Assembly: GCA_050115495.1 (NCBI GenBank)
Contig: JASFQK010000020.1
Location: forward strand, 1 to 64,000
From: Phycisphaerae bacterium
GTDB lineage: Bacteria > Planctomycetota > Phycisphaerae > UBA1845 > Fen-1342
Direction: 5' to 3'
Length of the DNA stretch: 64,000 bases
The notes beneath the pieces are model-generated. The model was not told where the DNA came from. It did not search any database and was given only the letters and a program-made list of their open reading frames with translations. This document shows, one piece after another, positions 27,904 to 41,068 of the stretch (its first letter is position 1; every line of letters starts with the position of its first letter). The position numbers were made by a program, and so were the translations under genes.

Positions 27904-30816
27904 TTAGGGCTGGGTCAGCAGGTTCACGAACGGACCGATGTCGAAGTTGTTCATTTCGCCGTCGCCGTTGGTGTCACCGTTCAGGATGTTGCAGTCCGGA
28001 TAGGCTTCTGCATACCCTGTCGGGTTCGTCAGGGCCAACACGAACGGACTGATGTCGAAGTTGTCCACCGTGCCGTCGCAGTTCATGTCGCCGGGCAGGT
28101 ACTGCAACTCGCACTCGAAGGCCACGGCCATGAGGTCGTCGACCGCCGCTTCGACGAGCGAGCCCTGTCCTTCGTCGGCGGCGATGAAGCGCAGTTGCAT
28201 CTGAGCAGTGGGGGCGACGATGTCGGCGACGTTGAACTCATGCAGATGCCAGCCGCCGCTGGTTCCGGACCCTGAGGGTCCGACGACCTCGACGTTCACC
28301 CAATTGCTGCCGCCGTTGTTCGAGATGTCGACGGTGAACACGTCCGCATTGGGCGAGGCCCCGGTGTTGTTCGAGTACCAACGCCAGTAGCTGAGGGTGA
28401 CGTCGTCGTAAGCCGACAGGTCGAGCACGGGGCTCTTCAGCGTGGTCTTACCACCATCGACGTCGTAGTCGCCGAGGCTGCCGCCGCGGATGTCCGTGGC
28501 CCAGCAGTTCACGCCCGGCGACGGAGAGTGGTCATCTTCCGGCTGGGCCTCGGTGCCCACCGGGTCGCCCCAGCTCCAGACGCCCGTGGTGGCGTCGTCG
28601 CCGGTGTCGCCGACTGTCCAGCCGCCGGCCACCTCGCACTGATCATCCATCATGGTGACGTACTCACCGACGAGGAGCGAGTACGTGCTGCCCGGGGCGC
28701 CGTACGGGCTGGTGACCGTCGTGCCGCCGTCGCCGAGGGCGCTGACGTAGTACTCGGGCGTAGCGCTGCAATTCGCCGGCGGCAGCACGGCCTCGTAGAG
28801 GTTGCCGCCGAGCGGGGTCAGGGCCGCCGTCTGGAACGCGGCGCCGGCATAGCGGTAGTGCAGCGTCGCGCTGCCGGGCACGTAGGCCTCGGTGCCGTTG
28901 GCGATCTGCACGTCGATCGTGGTCGGCACACCGGGCAGAGTGATGTCGGGGCGACCGTTGGGGAAAGCGATGCGCAGCTTCGCGGGGACGCCCAATTCGA
29001 GGTCGGGGTTGCCCCACAGCGCGCCCCACTCAAACATCTCGTACCGGGCGTAGTCCCACAGGCCCATGGTGTACATCTGCCGCAGGCCGTACTGGAGTGC
29101 GGCTCCCTGCGTATACTCACCCGAGGTCACGCAGGTCGTGAACATGTAGTCCAGCGACTGGCTCGAACCGTCGTACGCGCTGCTCCAACCCGGGCAACCG
29201 AGGGCCACCTTCGTCGCCCCGACGAAGCCGACGGCCCCGTGCTGAAGCATCGACTGCCCGATGTTCACTTCGTCCGTATCGGAGTTGCTGCACGCGTCGG
29301 CGAAGATGATCGCCGGATACTCGTCGCTCAGGCTCGGGCAGTCCGACGAGGAAATGAACGCCGGCGCACCGAGGCCGTAGATGTGGCACGAGGTCGGCGA
29401 GCCGTGGCCGGCCCAGTTGACGAAAGCGAAGTGGCCCGTCGGCCAGACGTTCATCACGTTGCTGTTGAGCAGCGGGTAATCGCAGTCGAAGGATGACCAG
29501 TAGTCGGTATTCTTCTCGTACATCCGCGTGACCGTCCAGTCCTCCATCCAGGGCTGGTCGATCTTCGCTTCCATCAGCCTGGCGTTATCCGTGTCCGCCC
29601 AGAAGTACGCCCCGAGCAGCAGGATGTTCTTTTTGTACGTCGGGTCGTCGTTCTGCTCGTAGGCGATCGACTTCGCGCAGATGGCCTGCACCGTCGCCGC
29701 ACTGTCCCACGGAATGCGGCCCACGTTCACTTCGGCGTAGAAGTCGATGGGGTCGGAGTTCTCGCCCCACTGATGATCACCGTCCGCGTCCCACGAGGCG
29801 CTGTCGGGCTGCGTCAACTCGGCGTAGTAGTAGTCGGTTTCGGGCTGGCCATAGCCAACGTTCTGCGCCGTGCGGCGCATCGGCACGGTGTCGTAGCCGC
29901 CGACCAGCAGGACGTCCTGGATGCCCCACTCCCCCGCCGGATACTTGTCACGCAGGAAGTTGCGCATCCGCTCGGCCAGGTCGTAGCCGGTGTAGTTCGA
30001 GTTGATCCAGGTGGTGGTGACCACCTCGACGGTGCGGCCCTTGGTCGTCTCCCAGTCGACCAGCGCCGCGACGGACGAGACCAGCGAGTCCGTCGTAATG
30101 ATGACGAAGTCGTGCAGCCCGCGACCGTCCACGGAGTCATGCCCGTACCAGCGCTGGGCGCGGTCGTGGTTGTAGACGATGTCCGCGGCGATCTGCTCGG
30201 TCGCCGGCAGGCTGTCCACCATGACCGGCTCCGGCTGCGCCTTCGCCTGGTACGTCACGGTGACGGTGATGTTCGGGTAGTACACGAGCTGGCCCGACAC
30301 CGGCCGATACGCAAACGGCGTGACCAGCACGTCGACCAGGTTGTACCGCCGATATCCGGCGGTCCGCTCGAACGCCACCGGGCTCGCCGGATAGACGTCG
30401 TCGCTGCCGTAGACCGCGTCGTGGTTCAGCGCGTAGCGAAGCTGCTCCTGTTCGTACAGGGCCGGGTCCTCGCCCGTGACGACGCGCGGCAGCGGCGCCG
30501 GAGCGATCTGGTAGGTCCCGTCCAGCAGAAGGCCTTCGCCGGCGTCGTACTCAATGCCGACGACTTCCGTCCCGGGCGGGATGGCGATGGCGAAGATGCG
30601 CGAGGGCAGGCGCGGCTGTCCCGGGATCAACCGGTTACCCAGGCCCTCAACGTATAGCTCCTGACCCTGGTCCGTCTGCACGACCTGGTAGTCGCCGACG
30701 GAGATGGTCACCCGTTCCTGTCCAACTCCCGGGGGCAGGAGCGCCTGTGCCGCACCGGGTGCAGCCAGGACCAGAGCAAGGAACAGAACGACTGTACAGC
30801 CCATCCAGCAGCGCAT
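27904..30816 (-). CDS. Secreted gingipain-like (C25) cysteine peptidase (divergent core) with dockerin-like C-terminus
   Basis: AAGGAG RBS, ATG at 30816; PGQPRLP propeptide, [32 protein letters not shown]. Confidence 0.88.
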   Translation of the reverse strand: MRCWMGCTVVLFLALVLAAPGAAQALLPPGVGQERVTISVGDYQVVQTDQGQELYVEGLGNRLIPGQPRLPSRIFAIAIPPGTEVVGIEYDAGEGLLLDGTYQIAPAPLPRVVTGEDPALYEQEQLRYALNHDAVYGSDDVYPASPVAFERTAGYRRYNLVDVLVTPFAYRPVSGQLVYYPNITVTVTYQAKAQPEPVMVDSLPATEQIAADIVYNHDRAQRWYGHDSVDGRGLHDFVIITTDSLVSSVAALVDWETTKGRTVEVVTTTWINSNYTGYDLAERMRNFLRDKYPAGEWGIQDVLLVGGYDTVPMRRTAQNVGYGQPETDYYYAELTQPDSASWDADGDHQWGENSDPIDFYAEVNVGRIPWDSAATVQAICAKSIAYEQNDDPTYKKNILLLGAYFWADTDNARLMEAKIDQPWMEDWTVTRMYEKNTDYWSSFDCDYPLLNSNVMNVWPTGHFAFVNWAGHGSPTSCHIYGLGAPAFISSSDCPSLSDEYPAIIFADACSNSDTDEVNIGQSMLQHGAVGFVGATKVALGCPGWSSAYDGSSQSLDYMFTTCVTSGEYTQGAALQYGLRQMYTMGLWDYARYEMFEWGALWGNPDLELGVPAKLRIAFPNGRPDITLPGVPTTIDVQIANGTEAYVPGSATLHYRYAGAAFQTAALTPLGGNLYEAVLPPANCSATPEYYVSALGDGGTTVTSPYGAPGSTYSLLVGEYVTMMDDQCEVAGGWTVGDTGDDATTGVWSWGDPVGTEAQPEDDHSPSPGVNCWATDIRGGSLGDYDVDGGKTTLKSPVLDLSAYDDVTLSYWRWYSNNTGASPNADVFTVDISNNGGSNWVNVEVVGPSGSGTSGGWHLHEFNVADIVAPTAQMQLRFIAADEGQGSLVEAAVDDLMAVAFECELQYLPGDMNCDGTVDNFDISPFVLALTNPTGYAEAYPDCNILNGDTNGDGEMNNFDIGPFVNLLTQP

Positions 30817-30965
30817 GCCAATTCTCCTTCTGTACGTGTTCTTCAGAGACGATGCATCTTCCACCTGCCCCACGATTGTGAATCCAGTATACACCTCCCA
30901 TTGTCTCGGTTCTAGATCGAATAGTCCGATTGTGACATGAACCACCCCCGCTCGGGCGCTCCACC

Positions 30966-32609
30966 CTACCCCGGCGACCGCGCCGCGATCGGCATGCGTC
31001 GGCCGAAACCGAACGCTCGCGACGTCACCTTCAGCCCGGGCGCCGCCTGCTGTCGCTTGTACTCGTTGAGCTGGATCTTGCGGATCACGTCAGCTACCAC
31101 GGTGCGGTCGTGGTCGGCAGCTACAATTTCCGACAAACTCGCCAGCTCTTCTTCGTGACGCCGGAGGATGTCGTCGAGGACCTCGTACGCCGGCAGCGAG
31201 TCCTGGTCGGTCTGATTCGGGCGCAGCTCCGCCGACGGCGGCTTGGTGAGCGTGCTGGCCGGCACGACCTCGCGGCCGGCGCGGGCGTTGGCCTCGCGGG
31301 CCACAGCGTAGACCATCGTCTTGGGCACGTCGCTGATCACCGCCAGTCCGCCGCACATGTCGCCGTAGAGGGTGCAATAACCAACAGCGAGCTCGCTCTT
31401 GTTCCCGGTCGTCAGCAGCAGGCTGCCGAACTTGTTCGACAGGGCCATCAGCGTCACACCACGCAGGCGGGCCTGGATGTTCTCCTCGGTGACGTCGGGG
31501 CCGCGACCGGCGAAGTGCGGCGTGAGCTGTTGCTCGAACGCGGCGTGCAACGGCTCGATCTCGATGACCGAGAAGCGGATGCCGAGGTTCTCGGCGAGGG
31601 TGCGGGCGTCGGCGATGCTGTGGTCGCTGCTGTAACGACTGGGCATGGCCACGCCGAGCACGTTCTCGGGCCCGAGCGCCGCTGCCGCCACGACAGCCAC
31701 GACGGCCGAGTCGATGCCGCCGGAAAGACCCACGACGGCCTGGCGGAAACCACACTTGTGCACGTAGTCGCGTACGCCCATAACCAGGGCATCGAGCAGG
31801 TTGGCCGCGCCGCGAGGATGCTCGACGATGCGCGAGCCGGCCGGGTGTTCGAGGTCGATCAGCAGGACATCCTCAGCGAAAGCCGCGGCCTGGGCGACGA
31901 GCTGGCCCTCGGCGTCGACGGCACAGCTTCCGCCGTCGAACAGCAGCTCGTCGTTCCCGCCGACCTGGTTGCAGAAGAGGATGGGCACGCGCCGCTTGCG
32001 GGCGTGGCCCTGGAGCAACCCGAGGCGGGATTCGTGCTTGCCGAGGTAGTACGGCGAGGCCGAGATGTTGATGAGCACATCGGCTCCGGCCCGCACGAGG
32101 TCGGCTAATGGGTCGATGTCGTATAACCGCCGGGCGAGCAGCTCTTCGTCGGACCACATGTCCTCGCAGACGGTCAGGCCGAGGCGCCGGCCGCCGAAGT
32201 CGATGACCGGCTGCGGCCCGCCGGGTTCGAAGTAGCGCACTTCGTCGAAGACGTCGTAGGTGGGCAGTAGGCGTTTCCGGGAACGGGCGACGATGCGGCC
32301 CTGGTGCAACAGCGCGGCGGCGTTGAATACGGGGCGTCCGAACGGACGATCGGTCGGTTCGGCGAAGCCCAGGACGACGCCGACCTCGCCCGTCTGCCGG
32401 GCCAGTTCATCAACGGCCGCCACGTTTCGCTGGATGACATCCCGACGAAGGAGCAGGTCTTTGGCGGGATAGCCGAGGACGGCCTGTTCGGGGAAGACGA
32501 CGAGCTGGGCGCCGGCGGTCGTGGTCTGGCGGATCGCGTCGCGGATCTTCGCCGTGTTCCCGTCCACGTCGCCGATGATGGGGTTGTGCTGGACGAGGGC
32601 GACTTTCAA
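30966..32609 (-). CDS. nadE: Glutamine-dependent NAD+ synthetase
   Basis: Nitrilase domain ([21 protein letters not shown]) plus synthetase ([40 protein letters not shown]); TTG start after AAGGAA (alternative GTG at 32657). Confidence 0.95.
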   Translation of the reverse strand: MKVALVQHNPIIGDVDGNTAKIRDAIRQTTTAGAQLVVFPEQAVLGYPAKDLLLRRDVIQRNVAAVDELARQTGEVGVVLGFAEPTDRPFGRPVFNAAALLHQGRIVARSRKRLLPTYDVFDEVRYFEPGGPQPVIDFGGRRLGLTVCEDMWSDEELLARRLYDIDPLADLVRAGADVLINISASPYYLGKHESRLGLLQGHARKRRVPILFCNQVGGNDELLFDGGSCAVDAEGQLVAQAAAFAEDVLLIDLEHPAGSRIVEHPRGAANLLDALVMGVRDYVHKCGFRQAVVGLSGGIDSAVVAVVAAAALGPENVLGVAMPSRYSSDHSIADARTLAENLGIRFSVIEIEPLHAAFEQQLTPHFAGRGPDVTEENIQARLRGVTLMALSNKFGSLLLTTGNKSELAVGYCTLYGDMCGGLAVISDVPKTMVYAVAREANARAGREVVPASTLTKPPSAELRPNQTDQDSLPAYEVLDDILRRHEEELASLSEIVAADHDRTVVADVIRKIQLNEYKRQQAAPGLKVTSRAFGFGRRMPIAARSPG

Positions 32610-32809
32610 GGGCGTTCCTTTCTGGGCGGCGCGGGGGCGTTGGGGGCTCTGCTCCACCGCCGGCCGCCCATCCTACCGCCCGCCGCCGCGGCGTACACGC
32701 CGGGCCAGGAAGGGAGCCGGCGGCGTCTGGCTGGTGGTTCGGGGGCGGCGTGCGCGATTTCGGAGGGGGTGGGCGGAGAATTTGCGCGTCGCCGACCGAT
32801 AGGAGGGTC

Positions 32810-33334
32810 ATGACGACCACGCTCGAGCTGCACGCCGGTCCGTGTCCGCTGCCCTTCTCGATCGCCTTGCCGGCCGCTGCCTGGTTCGCGCGGGCTTGCG
32901 CCGCCGACCGGGCCGGCGCCGCGGTTGAGGCCGCGACGTGCTACCGCCATGCGCTCGAGCAGGACCCGGAGCACGTCTCCGCCCACTACAACCTGGGACT
33001 GCTGCTCCGCCGGGAGGGGGCGCTCGACGAAGCCGAAGCGTGCTTCCAGGCGGCGCTGGAAATCGAGCCGACGCATCACAAATGTCTGATGATGTGGGGC
33101 AGCATTTGCGCCGCCCGCGGCGACTGGGAGCAGGCGAAAGAGCTGACGCTCGCCGCCCACGAGCTGGCCCCGGAGTACGTCAAGACCATCCAGAACCTCA
33201 TCGCCATCCACCGGCATCTCGGCGAAACCGGCCTAGCCGCGCGCATGCAGCGCGTGCTCGACCGCGTGCTGGGGCAACCCGACGCACGACCCGCCCGCCG
33301 CACCGCACGCCACTTGTCTGGCCGCCTACACTAG
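32810..33334 (+). CDS. TPR repeat protein
   Basis: AGGAGG RBS; YRHALEQDPEHVSAHYNLG and FQAALEIEP TPR patterns. Confidence 0.8.
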   Translation: MTTTLELHAGPCPLPFSIALPAAAWFARACAADRAGAAVEAATCYRHALEQDPEHVSAHYNLGLLLRREGALDEAEACFQAALEIEPTHHKCLMMWGSICAARGDWEQAKELTLAAHELAPEYVKTIQNLIAIHRHLGETGLAARMQRVLDRVLGQPDARPARRTARHLSGRLH

Positions 33335-33384
33335 TAGTAAGCGGTTGCAGCGTCGGAACAGACAGGTGGCCTATGGGGGCAGAG

Positions 33385-35565
33385 ATGACCAATGCGCTTG
33401 TGCCGCGCACGGAGGTCAGACGGTCAGGCTACGCCACGATCCACCGAGGGTGGTGGCTCGCTCTTCTTGCGCTGGCGCTGGCCATCCGCGGACTGTACCT
33501 CCTCCAGTATGCCGGCAACCCGCTGTTCTGGACCCCGGTTGGCCCGGATGTAGAGGAGTACGACGCCAACGCCCGACTCATCCAAAACGGGTGCTGGTTG
33601 TGGCAAACCGTCGGCACACACGGTCCGCTGTACTCGTACGTCCTCGCCGGGTGGTACGCGCTCACGGGGCAATCGTTGCTGGCCGTGCGCACGCTGCAAT
33701 TGCTGCTGGGTATGCTGGGCGGGATTATCGTGACGCTCGCCGTGAAGTGCCGCTATAACTCCCGGGTCGCCTTCGCGGTGGGGGCATTGTGGGTGCTGTA
33801 CATACCGGCGATCCACTATGAGGCCGAGCTGCTCAGCGAAGGGCTGGCGCTATTCCTGAATGCCCTGGTCATCGCCATCCTACTGCGCAAGCCGGAGATC
33901 ACGCCGCTATGGGCGGGCGTGGTCGGGCTGCTGCTCGGCCTGGGCTCGATCACGCATGCCAGCGCGCTGCTGTTCGGCCTGCTGATCCTGGGCTGGCTGG
34001 CGTGGGTCGGGTTCCGCGTGTCTGCCCGGCGAGCCGCAGTGATCGTCCTGCCGGCGCTGTTGGGGTTGGCGCTGCCGACTGTGCCGGTGGTGGCGTACAA
34101 CTCTCACTTGCAGGGCGGCTTCGTCCTGCTCCAGGACACGGGCAGCATCAACCTCTACATCGGCAACAACCCGGAGGCCGACGGCACGCACTACGCCCGC
34201 CTCGGGCCGGACTGGGACCGGATTGTAGCGCTGCCGTACGTGGCCGGCGGCGTGCGGGAGGGTCCGGCGTACAACGCGTACTTCTACCGGCAGGTGGCGA
34301 AGTTCATTTTCGAGTCACCTGGACAATGGCTGGCGCTAGTGGGCAGGAAAGCCGCCCTGAGCGTGAGCGCACAGGACATCACCGCCAGCATGCCGTGGGC
34401 GGCGATCCGCAACGACGTGCCCATGCTGCGGAACGGCACGTTCGCGTTCGGCGTGCTGCTGGCGCTGGCGCTGGCCGGCCTGGTCTGTGTGAGGGAGGCC
34501 CGCTTTCGTCCGATCCTGCTGTTGGCACTGGCGTACATCCTGAGCCAGATGATCTACGTCGCGTCGGGGCGGTACCGTGTGCCGATGCTGCCGGGGCTGT
34601 TCGTGCTGGGCGGGTTCGGCCTGGCTCACCTGCTGGAGAGCCTGCGAACACGGTCGGGACGCTCGCTGGGCCGGGCGGCCGGCGCGCTCCTGATCGGTCT
34701 GGGCGTCGCCTTCCTGCCGGTTGTCCCGCAGCACAACGACGATCCGGCCGAGGGTGCCTTGGTGCGGGCGGACGCCTATCTCCATCTCGGCGACCCGCAG
34801 CGCGCCGAGGCCGACATGCGGCAGGCCATCGCCCTGCGGCCTGATTACGCGATGGCTCGGTTGTTCCTGGCGGACCTCCTGAATGGCGACGGGCGGTCGG
34901 ACGAAGCACTGGAGCAGTATCAGGCTGCCGCCGCGGCGCGTCCGGATTACGTGCAAGCGCACCTCGCGCTCGCCGAGGCATTCATCCACCGCAACGACCT
35001 CGCCGCCGCGCGGCCGGAATACCTGCGGGCCCTGGAGCTCGACCCCGAGAATTACCACGTGCGTCACCTGTTCGGCCGCGCGCTGCTGGTGTGGGAAGAC
35101 TGGCAGGGCGCCGCGGAGCAGTTCGGCTTCATCCTGTCTCGGAAGCCGGATGCGCAGGCCTGTTGGGGGATGGGGGAGTCCCTGGCACGCCTGGGGCATT
35201 ATGCGGAGGCGGCCAAGCTGCTGGAGCAATCCGCGGCGGCCATGCCGGACAATGCCCGCCTGCTTGCCGCGCTGGCGCGCCTGCGTGCGGCGTGCCCGGT
35301 CGACCAACTGCGCAACACGGAGGAAGCCCTGGTGCTGGGGGCGCGTGCCGCCGCTCTCACGCGCTTCACCGATCCGTGGGCCGTCGATGCGCTCAGCATG
35401 GCACTGGCCAACGCCGGGCATTTCGAACAGGCCGCGCACGGCGCCGACATCGCCGCGGAAATCGCCGGCGAGCGCGGAGACGATCCGCTACGGCAGCAGG
35501 CACTCGCCCGACGCGAGCTGTACCTCAAGAACAAACCGTACCGCGATCCTCCCCCCGCGGAGTAG
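33385..35565 (+). CDS. GT-C (PMT/ArnT-like) membrane glycosyltransferase with C-terminal TPRs
   Basis: Multi-TM N-terminus, PLYSYVLA, LLSEGLA, NLYIGNNPEADG, RYRVP; TPR tail; start 33373 or 33385. Confidence 0.8.
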   Translation: MTNALVPRTEVRRSGYATIHRGWWLALLALALAIRGLYLLQYAGNPLFWTPVGPDVEEYDANARLIQNGCWLWQTVGTHGPLYSYVLAGWYALTGQSLLAVRTLQLLLGMLGGIIVTLAVKCRYNSRVAFAVGALWVLYIPAIHYEAELLSEGLALFLNALVIAILLRKPEITPLWAGVVGLLLGLGSITHASALLFGLLILGWLAWVGFRVSARRAAVIVLPALLGLALPTVPVVAYNSHLQGGFVLLQDTGSINLYIGNNPEADGTHYARLGPDWDRIVALPYVAGGVREGPAYNAYFYRQVAKFIFESPGQWLALVGRKAALSVSAQDITASMPWAAIRNDVPMLRNGTFAFGVLLALALAGLVCVREARFRPILLLALAYILSQMIYVASGRYRVPMLPGLFVLGGFGLAHLLESLRTRSGRSLGRAAGALLIGLGVAFLPVVPQHNDDPAEGALVRADAYLHLGDPQRAEADMRQAIALRPDYAMARLFLADLLNGDGRSDEALEQYQAAAAARPDYVQAHLALAEAFIHRNDLAAARPEYLRALELDPENYHVRHLFGRALLVWEDWQGAAEQFGFILSRKPDAQACWGMGESLARLGHYAEAAKLLEQSAAAMPDNARLLAALARLRAACPVDQLRNTEEALVLGARAAALTRFTDPWAVDALSMALANAGHFEQAAHGADIAAEIAGERGDDPLRQQALARRELYLKNKPYRDPPPAE

Positions 35566-35614
35566 GTGAAGCGGCGCCGGGTCAGTCCGCAGAGCTCGGC
35601 CCCGCAGCCCCACC

Positions 35615-38500
<2,886 letters not shown>

Positions 38501-38745
38501 GTTCCGCCTTCCGGCTTCCAGCGGGTTCGGCCCGTCGAGGGGGTACGTCGGGCCGGAGGACCGCCCATAAACCCGTCAGTATAGCGGATTCTGTCGCCGG
38601 TTGCTGCGCCTCGTTGCCGACTGGCGTCCATACCACGCCCGCGGCGGATCGCGTATAGTGCCGCGCGTGGCAGGCCCCGGGATCGGCCGGACCGCGGTGC
38701 CGGCCGTCGCCGCACCGCCCATCTGGCACTTGGAGGAAGATGACC

Positions 38746-39672
38746 ATGTTCCATATCCGGAAGTGTCTCGTCGCGATCGTCGTGATCGGGGTGTTGAGCG
38801 TTGTGCTCGCCGGCTGCGCCAGCTCGCAGCGCACACCCGCCGTTCAGAGCACGCCAACCGAGCCGCAGCCGGCCACGACGGCCGACGCGGCCCCGGCGCC
38901 CGCCGCCGAGCCGGCCCCCGCCGTCGCCGAGCAGGAACCGGCACAGACGCAGGCGGCTGATGCGGAGGACAAGGCGCAGAAGGAGCGCGAGGAGCAGGAG
39001 AAGAAGGCCAAGGAGGAGGCCAAGAAGGCTCGCGAGCGGGAGCGCAAGCTCGCGCACCTGGAACGTGACCTCGAAACGGCCAGGCTTCGCTTGCAGAAGA
39101 CGAAGCTCGACAACGAGGCGGCCGCGCTGCGCTATGCTCAGTCGCTGGAGCAGGCCCAGACCGAGCTGCAACTGGCCCAGGAGAAGTTCGACACGACGCA
39201 GGCGCTCGAAGTGCCGCAGCGCATCGCCTGGTCGGAGCTCAACCTCCAGCGCAGCCGCGACAACCTGCAAAACGCGACCGAGGAACTGGAGCAGCTCGAA
39301 CTCATGTATAAGGACGACCAGTTCGCCGATCAGACGAAGGAGATCGTCATCAGCCGGTCCCGCCGGGAGCTGGAGCGCACGCAGCGCGACGTTCAGCTCC
39401 GCGAAGAGGAGCACCGCCGGCTGCTGGAGGTCTACCTGCCACGCGAGAAGCGCGAGCAGGAGCTGCAACTGGCCAAGCAGGAACGCGGCGTGGTGAACAT
39501 GCAGAGCGACGAGCAGCGGGCGGTGATTGACCGCCAGATCGCGCTGATCAACGCCGAAGCCGCCATCACCAAGCTCGAAGAGCAGCTCAGCGATCTGCGC
39601 GAGGAGATCGCCGAAGCCGCGGAGCAGAAGGCCAAAGAGAGCGAGAAGCCGGCCGCCGACCAGGGCGACTAG
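38746..39672 (+). CDS. Coiled-coil lipoprotein of unknown function
   Basis: Lipobox LAGC, Pro/Ala linker, long E/K/Q/R-rich heptad region. Confidence 0.75.
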   Translation: MFHIRKCLVAIVVIGVLSVVLAGCASSQRTPAVQSTPTEPQPATTADAAPAPAAEPAPAVAEQEPAQTQAADAEDKAQKEREEQEKKAKEEAKKARERERKLAHLERDLETARLRLQKTKLDNEAAALRYAQSLEQAQTELQLAQEKFDTTQALEVPQRIAWSELNLQRSRDNLQNATEELEQLELMYKDDQFADQTKEIVISRSRRELERTQRDVQLREEEHRRLLEVYLPREKREQELQLAKQERGVVNMQSDEQRAVIDRQIALINAEAAITKLEEQLSDLREEIAEAAEQKAKESEKPAADQGD

Positions 39673-39695
39673 CGAACCACCAGGAGGCCAGCGCC

Positions 39696-40907
39696 ATGAA
39701 CACTCCGGCGCGATGTCTGCTGATGCTGCTGGCGGCGGGCGCCGCTGCCTGCGCCCATGCGACCGAACCGCTGAAGCCCGAGGACGTGACGCCGCAGCGG
39801 GCCGAGGCGTCGCTGCGGGCCGGCTTGCACTTCCTCCTCGAATCGCAGAACGCCGACGGCTCGTGGGGCGGGGCCTGGGACTCGCTGACGACGTGGAGCG
39901 GCTGGACGTGGAACAACCCGGAGTCGCACCGTTCGTGGCGGGTGGCAACGACGGGCCTGTGCGTGCTGGCGTTGCTCGATGCCGGTCAGGATGAGGCCGA
40001 GCTCGCCGCCGCCGACCGGGCCGTCACGTACCTCGTGGCCAACGCGGACGTGCGCCGCCCGAGCGAGTGGGACACGATGGATTGCTGGGCGCACATCTAT
40101 GGGATGCAGGGCCTGGCGGCTGCGTATGCCCATCCGCGTTATTCCGACCCAACCAGTCGCGAAGACATTCAGCGAGCCATCGAGGCGCAACTGAAGGGTC
40201 TGGCCCGCAGCGAGGCGTTGTGTGGCGGGTGGGGCTACCTCGAGTTCGCCGCCCCGCGCACGGCTCACCCGCAGTGGGCCACGAGCTTCACAACTGCCGC
40301 CGGTATCGTCGCCCTGCTCGACGCGCGACAGGAAGGCGTGGCGATCGATGAGGGCGTGCTGGGCCGGGCGGTTAAGGCCGTCCGTCGGTGTTACCTGCCG
40401 AACGGCGCGTATACGTACTCCGTGCGGACCGTCCCGAATCCGCGCAAGATCGGCTCGATCAACCGGGTGAACGGCTCGCTGTGCCGAATCCAGTGCTGCA
40501 ACCTGGCGCTGTTGATGGCCGGGGACGAGATCAGCGAGGAGCGTTTGCGCTGGGGGCTCGAAGTGTTCTTCCGCGAGCACCGCTTCCTGGATATTGCCCG
40601 GCTCAAGCCGGTCCCGCACGAGTCATACTACCAGAACTCGGGGTACTTCTACCTCTTCGGCCACTACTACGCCGCCCGGGTGATTGAGCAGCTTCCGCCC
40701 GAAGACCGCCTGCGCTTCTGGCCGATGCTGCAATACGAGGTCATGAAGATCCAGGGCGACGACGGTGCCATGTGGGACTACGACCATCACGCGTACGACA
40801 AGCCGTACGGGACGGCGTACAGCGTGCTGGTGCTGGCGCACAGCCTGCGCGACGAGAACAAGCTGCAAGGCCCGGTAACATCCACGCCCACCGCCCCGCC
40901 ACCCTGA
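39696..40907 (+). CDS. Secreted prenyltransferase/squalene-oxidase-repeat (alpha/alpha barrel) protein
   Basis: [41 protein letters not shown] (QxxDGxW repeats); GGAGG RBS. Confidence 0.75.
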   Translation: MNTPARCLLMLLAAGAAACAHATEPLKPEDVTPQRAEASLRAGLHFLLESQNADGSWGGAWDSLTTWSGWTWNNPESHRSWRVATTGLCVLALLDAGQDEAELAAADRAVTYLVANADVRRPSEWDTMDCWAHIYGMQGLAAAYAHPRYSDPTSREDIQRAIEAQLKGLARSEALCGGWGYLEFAAPRTAHPQWATSFTTAAGIVALLDARQEGVAIDEGVLGRAVKAVRRCYLPNGAYTYSVRTVPNPRKIGSINRVNGSLCRIQCCNLALLMAGDEISEERLRWGLEVFFREHRFLDIARLKPVPHESYYQNSGYFYLFGHYYAARVIEQLPPEDRLRFWPMLQYEVMKIQGDDGAMWDYDHHAYDKPYGTAYSVLVLAHSLRDENKLQGPVTSTPTAPPP

Positions 40908-41068
40908 CAAACGCCCTCGCGCGGCCGGCATGGACGCCGGGCGCGGTGGCGAAATCCACCTTCGGCCCCGACCGGCCACCTCGTATAATGGCTCCGTGGC
41001 GGCGCCCGCCGGGCGACATGGCTGCCACCGTGCGGTCGGCACACCCGGGGGCGGAAGGAGCGGATCGA

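Noticed and set aside
12906..30816. Repeats interpreted as CRISPR, DGR template/variable repeats or transposon ends
   Set aside because: Repeats are in-frame protein modules; no regular spacers, reverse transcriptase, adenine-specific variation or transposase seen
32938..33372. N-terminal 145 aa of the 875 aa track ORF as a gene fusion
   Set aside because: Overlaps the TPR gene in another frame; the real start is likely 33373 or 33385. Similar upstream over-extensions were trimmed for several other ORFs
39696..40907. Squalene-hopene cyclase
   Set aside because: Too short, exported and lacking the DxDD motif
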